64,000 nt of DNA from Myxococcota bacterium (GTDB taxonomy: Bacteria > Myxococcota_A > UBA9160 > UBA4427), in NCBI GenBank assembly GCA_029243605.1, contig JAQWRT010000015.1, positions 99,392 to 163,391 on the forward strand, read 5' to 3'. The notes below the pieces were generated by a model that was given only the letters and a program-made list of their open reading frames with translations, did not search any database and was not told where the DNA came from. A program made the translations under genes and the position numbers. Every line of letters starts with the position of its first letter. Position 1 is the stretch's first letter. Below, one piece after another: positions 61,188 through 64,000 of the stretch.

Positions 61188-64000
61188 ATGCTGGGGACAC
61201 AGGAGGCGCTGAAAATCGGCGAATCAGCGTTGCGTCGGATCCTCTGGCTCTTGGTGATCCCTGGGGTGTTGCTGGCATCGTCCGGTTCGGCCTCGGCCCA
61301 GGTGCTGGATCTTCGGGTCCAGAGTTTCAGCGTCAGTTATAGCCACGACTTTGCCTATCTCTCGGGCTCGGAAAACGTGTCCATGGACATCGTTCTTGAG
61401 ACCAGTGTGAACTGCACCGGCACGGGCACTATTCTTGCCGGAACGATCGACTCGCCGCCCGCTTTCCAGGCCTCGGTTGACTTGGTTGAAGTCAGCCTGG
61501 GAACCGTGGTTGCCAAGTTGCCCATCGCCGCCTTCCCCGTCCCGGCCGCTCATGTCTCCGGCCGACCGAGCGGTTCGTTCCCCGGGATCTGCTTCGCCGG
61601 CTATTCCGCATCCGGCGGTCCCGTTCTGTCCGTCGCCGACCTGACCAGCACCGCGGGCTTTGAGGCCTTCATCGCCACCGCCCGAGCCAGCGGCAATTCT
61701 GTCCAGGCGCGGGTCGAGATCGACAGTACGGCTCTGGTGGCGGAAACCAACGAGACGAATAACGAGTGGGTCGAGCCCACGGTGCTCGACCTCTATCCCC
61801 TGAGTGGGACCCTTTTGTACGGCGCTATTTCGGTTCCTCTGGTTACGGCCACGATCTTCGACGGACTGTGCCCAGCGGGCCAGGCCGCGGCGGTGAATGT
61901 CCAGGGAACATGGCAACCTTCTCCCGGCAATCCATGGACCCCCGTCCCCGTAGCCGTTCCCGCTCTGCAATGCCTAGCGCTGCTCGCGAACGGAAATCAA
62001 TTCGACCTCGAGGCCTTGGGTGACACGTCGGTGGGGACCGCGAGCGGAAGCCTGGCGGGCTTTGCGGTCGACGTTTCCAACGTGGTTCTCGGCGCGACCG
62101 GGGCGAGGCCGGGTCAGCTCTCCCTTGAACTGCCCGAAGGCCACACCCATCACGCCGACGACGGCAGCGGCCGCCCCGAGGCTCGGGGGAGGCGGCAGAT
62201 CACCTTCGCGACGGTGTCCCCGGCGGCGACAAGCGATTTCGATCTGCTCCAAGCCGGCGGGTTGGCTGGATTCCTCCACGCCCGTTCGAACCCCCTGTCC
62301 TTCGAACTCGTCTCCTTGAGCCTGACGGCGACCTCCCTCGACGGAAAGTTCGCCGGCGCGGTTTATCCCTACAACGTTGACTTCTCGCCGCGTGATCCGC
62401 GAATTCGGACGGGCTTGCGGAGCAATGACCAGCGAATGCGCCTCCCCAGCGCGGGAACCTTTCTCTTCTCCCTCTTGCCCTCAGGGCTTCAGACCAGCGT
62501 GGCTTTCGATCCGGGGGTTGGGGGGCTCCACTTTCCCGCACTCAGGTCGTTTTGGAATAATTACTCCCTGAATATCATCGACGGCAGGTTGGAAGAGAAC
62601 GGGGTCCTCTCCCCTGAAATCTACGGCTTTACTCAGTCCTCGGATTGCCCGGGTTGCGACGAAGACAAGTACGGCGTCGGTTTCAATCTTGCCGCTTCGC
62701 ATACGGGCACGGACTGGGATGGGGCCAGTGTGGCCCGGGTGTCGGCCCTGGGAGCGGACCCGGAATGGGGCCCCCTGGATCCGAATTCGGGGTTGCAGAT
62801 CTACACCCGTTCGGGCGATATGAATCATCCTGCGGTGGTCGCAGTCCCCGGTTTTCACGCCCAGGCAACCGGGGGAGGGGGCGACGTTTCCGTGGCCGAG
62901 TATCTGCTCGGCATGCGGGAGGCGGCCTGGACCGGCGCCATCGTCAAGTTCGGGGCACACCACCTCCTTCCGAGCACCGAGAGCCGAAGCGGGAACTTCT
63001 TCATGGCCGGGGTCTCGGTGGGCCCCGATCTCTACAGCTCGGGCCCTCTCAACCTGCCCATGGTGGGAAGCCTCGGGAGTGACTTGGGCCAACGGGGGAT
63101 TCCGACGGATCCCGCGCCCGGTCTCATCATTGGTTTCGGCGGAATCCTCGCGCCCGACTATCACTATGTCGCCAACAACTCGGGGGCGAAATATGTGGTG
63201 CGCCCGGCGGGGGTGACGGGGGTCTTCAACTCCGATGTGGCTCCCTCACCGACGGTCTACGGCTATACGCTCCCCCTGACCCGCTTCGGAATTCGTCAGG
63301 TCGTGAACGAGATCGACCCCTATAGCTGGATCGACGGCAAGGTCGTGGTGCCCGGGAAGGGCGATTTCGAGATCGTCTTCCAATCCCTCGCACTCGAATG
63401 CAGCGGCGATATCGGCGAGGGGCTCGTGGTCCGGGAAACCTGTGGAGACGGGGTGGGCGCCGATGTCAACTGCAACGAGACCCTGAGCGCTTGGAATACC
63501 CGCATGGAGGAGATTCTCGGCATCGCCTTCGAGGGAAGCGGCAACCAGTGTCTGGCCTCGAACCGAGAACTGGAAGTGGCCAGTGTCGTGGACATCAAGG
63601 CCCTGGAGAGTTGGGTGGGTCTGACGGCGACCTGGTCTTCGGCGGGGGATCCGTCGAATGCATCCTTGACCTCGACCACGGATCAGGTTTGGGACAGTCC
63701 CGACGGAGGAGTCACCCCTGGCTTCTCAACCGCGATGTCCGAGGATGTGGTCCTGGATCTTGGGGGTTATTACATTTTCAAGGGCGATGTGGGTGTTCCC
63801 TTCTGGGAAGCCCTGGACGCCGAGATGCGTTTTCAGAACGACGCGGGTGCGGGCGGCGAATTCGTCCGAGCCCAGTCGATTGCCTACTCCGCTACGGGCG
63901 GCTGCGTGTTTCCCGACCACCTGGGCATGAGTTCGGCCGATCTGTCCCAGGAATTGGAAGTCACTTGCAACGTGGACGCCGACTACACCTGGGGGGGGAC
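61188..64000 (+). CDS. Very large secreted protein of unknown function (CARDB-like N-terminal module); 3' partial, runs off the window
   Basis: Hand translation from the ATG at 61188 gives 937 codons with no stop to nt 64000. The ORF is absent from the track because it lacks a stop. The in-frame upstream stop is at 61098. Signal peptide ALRRILWLLVIPGVLLASSGSASA|QV. The ETNETNNEW motif is typical of CARDB-type adhesion domains. The codon third-position G/C bias looks like coding sequence. All track ORFs in 61.1-63.9 kb are short and out of frame or antisense. Confidence 0.8.
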   Translation, partial: MLGTQEALKIGESALRRILWLLVIPGVLLASSGSASAQVLDLRVQSFSVSYSHDFAYLSGSENVSMDIVLETSVNCTGTGTILAGTIDSPPAFQASVDLVEVSLGTVVAKLPIAAFPVPAAHVSGRPSGSFPGICFAGYSASGGPVLSVADLTSTAGFEAFIATARASGNSVQARVEIDSTALVAETNETNNEWVEPTVLDLYPLSGTLLYGAISVPLVTATIFDGLCPAGQAAAVNVQGTWQPSPGNPWTPVPVAVPALQCLALLANGNQFDLEALGDTSVGTASGSLAGFAVDVSNVVLGATGARPGQLSLELPEGHTHHADDGSGRPEARGRRQITFATVSPAATSDFDLLQAGGLAGFLHARSNPLSFELVSLSLTATSLDGKFAGAVYPYNVDFSPRDPRIRTGLRSNDQRMRLPSAGTFLFSLLPSGLQTSVAFDPGVGGLHFPALRSFWNNYSLNIIDGRLEENGVLSPEIYGFTQSSDCPGCDEDKYGVGFNLAASHTGTDWDGASVARVSALGADPEWGPLDPNSGLQIYTRSGDMNHPAVVAVPGFHAQATGGGGDVSVAEYLLGMREAAWTGAIVKFGAHHLLPSTESRSGNFFMAGVSVGPDLYSSGPLNLPMVGSLGSDLGQRGIPTDPAPGLIIGFGGILAPDYHYVANNSGAKYVVRPAGVTGVFNSDVAPSPTVYGYTLPLTRFGIRQVVNEIDPYSWIDGKVVVPGKGDFEIVFQSLALECSGDIGEGLVVRETCGDGVGADVNCNETLSAWNTRMEEILGIAFEGSGNQCLASNRELEVASVVDIKALESWVGLTATWSSAGDPSNASLTSTTDQVWDSPDGGVTPGFSTAMSEDVVLDLGGYYIFKGDVGVPFWEALDAEMRFQNDAGAGGEFVRAQSIAYSATGGCVFPDHLGMSSADLSQELEVTCNVDADYTWGG

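Noticed and set aside
61097-63930. Short track ORFs at the right end: 61097..61342, 61224..61970(-), 61974..62279(-), 62481..63164(-), 62645..63082, 63320..63679(-) and others.
   Set aside because: All are out of frame with or antisense to the single uninterrupted 937-codon frame that starts at 61188. That frame has a signal peptide and coding-type codon bias.
1-64000. Search for tRNA, rRNA, CRISPR repeats, IS elements or transposases, integrases, prophage genes and toxin-antitoxin pairs.
   Set aside because: No cloverleaf-like or rRNA-like sequence appears in any intergenic gap, and all gaps are 419 nt or shorter. There are no regularly spaced direct repeats. No protein has transposase, integrase, phage or TA-type motifs. 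This was a visual inspection only, so small or degenerate elements could have been missed.

Overview
GC-rich, very densely coding bacterial chromosome segment. Autotransporters, lipoproteins and a beta-barrel OMP indicate a Gram-negative organism, probably proteobacterium-like; the taxon cannot be fixed from sequence alone. I support about 48 protein-coding genes. I saw no rRNA, tRNA, CRISPR array, transposase or integrase. Layout: (i) 1-6373 is a six-gene plus-strand operon for 2-aminoethylphosphonate (AEP) synthesis: PepM-nucleotidyltransferase fusion, phosphonopyruvate decarboxylase, a second nucleotidyltransferase and AEP transaminase. It ends in two membrane lipid head-group enzymes (CdsA-family, CDP-alcohol phosphatidyltransferase), which makes it a candidate phosphonolipid pathway. 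(ii) 6315-15186 holds convergent minus-strand genes: an FGGY kinase, a DevB/DevC/DevC/DevA-type tripartite ABC exporter, an amidohydrolase and a CoA-transferase. (iii) About 15.5-36.2 kb plus 41.8-44.1 kb is an acyl-CoA metabolism island with 4 family-III CoA-transferase genes, 2 AMP-ligases, a crotonase, 2 SDRs, a Zn-ADH, 2 luciferase-like oxidoreductases and an adjacent ACAD pair. Two autotransporter genes interrupt it. (iv) Housekeeping genes follow: pheST, long-form GAPDH, a CbpA-like J-protein, a SWIM-SNF2 helicase, two RNA methyltransferases and ygiQ. (v) At 56554-56769 lies a UGA-encoded SelW/Rdx-like selenoprotein with a SECIS-like hairpin, which a stop-delimited ORF track cannot show. 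(vi) From 61188 to the window end runs a secreted ORF of at least 937 codons. It is absent from the ORF track because it has no stop in the window. Many long track ORFs are antisense or out-of-frame shadows typical of GC-rich DNA, and several real genes start well inside the listed ORFs. No searches or computations were run; every family call rests on motifs read by eye.
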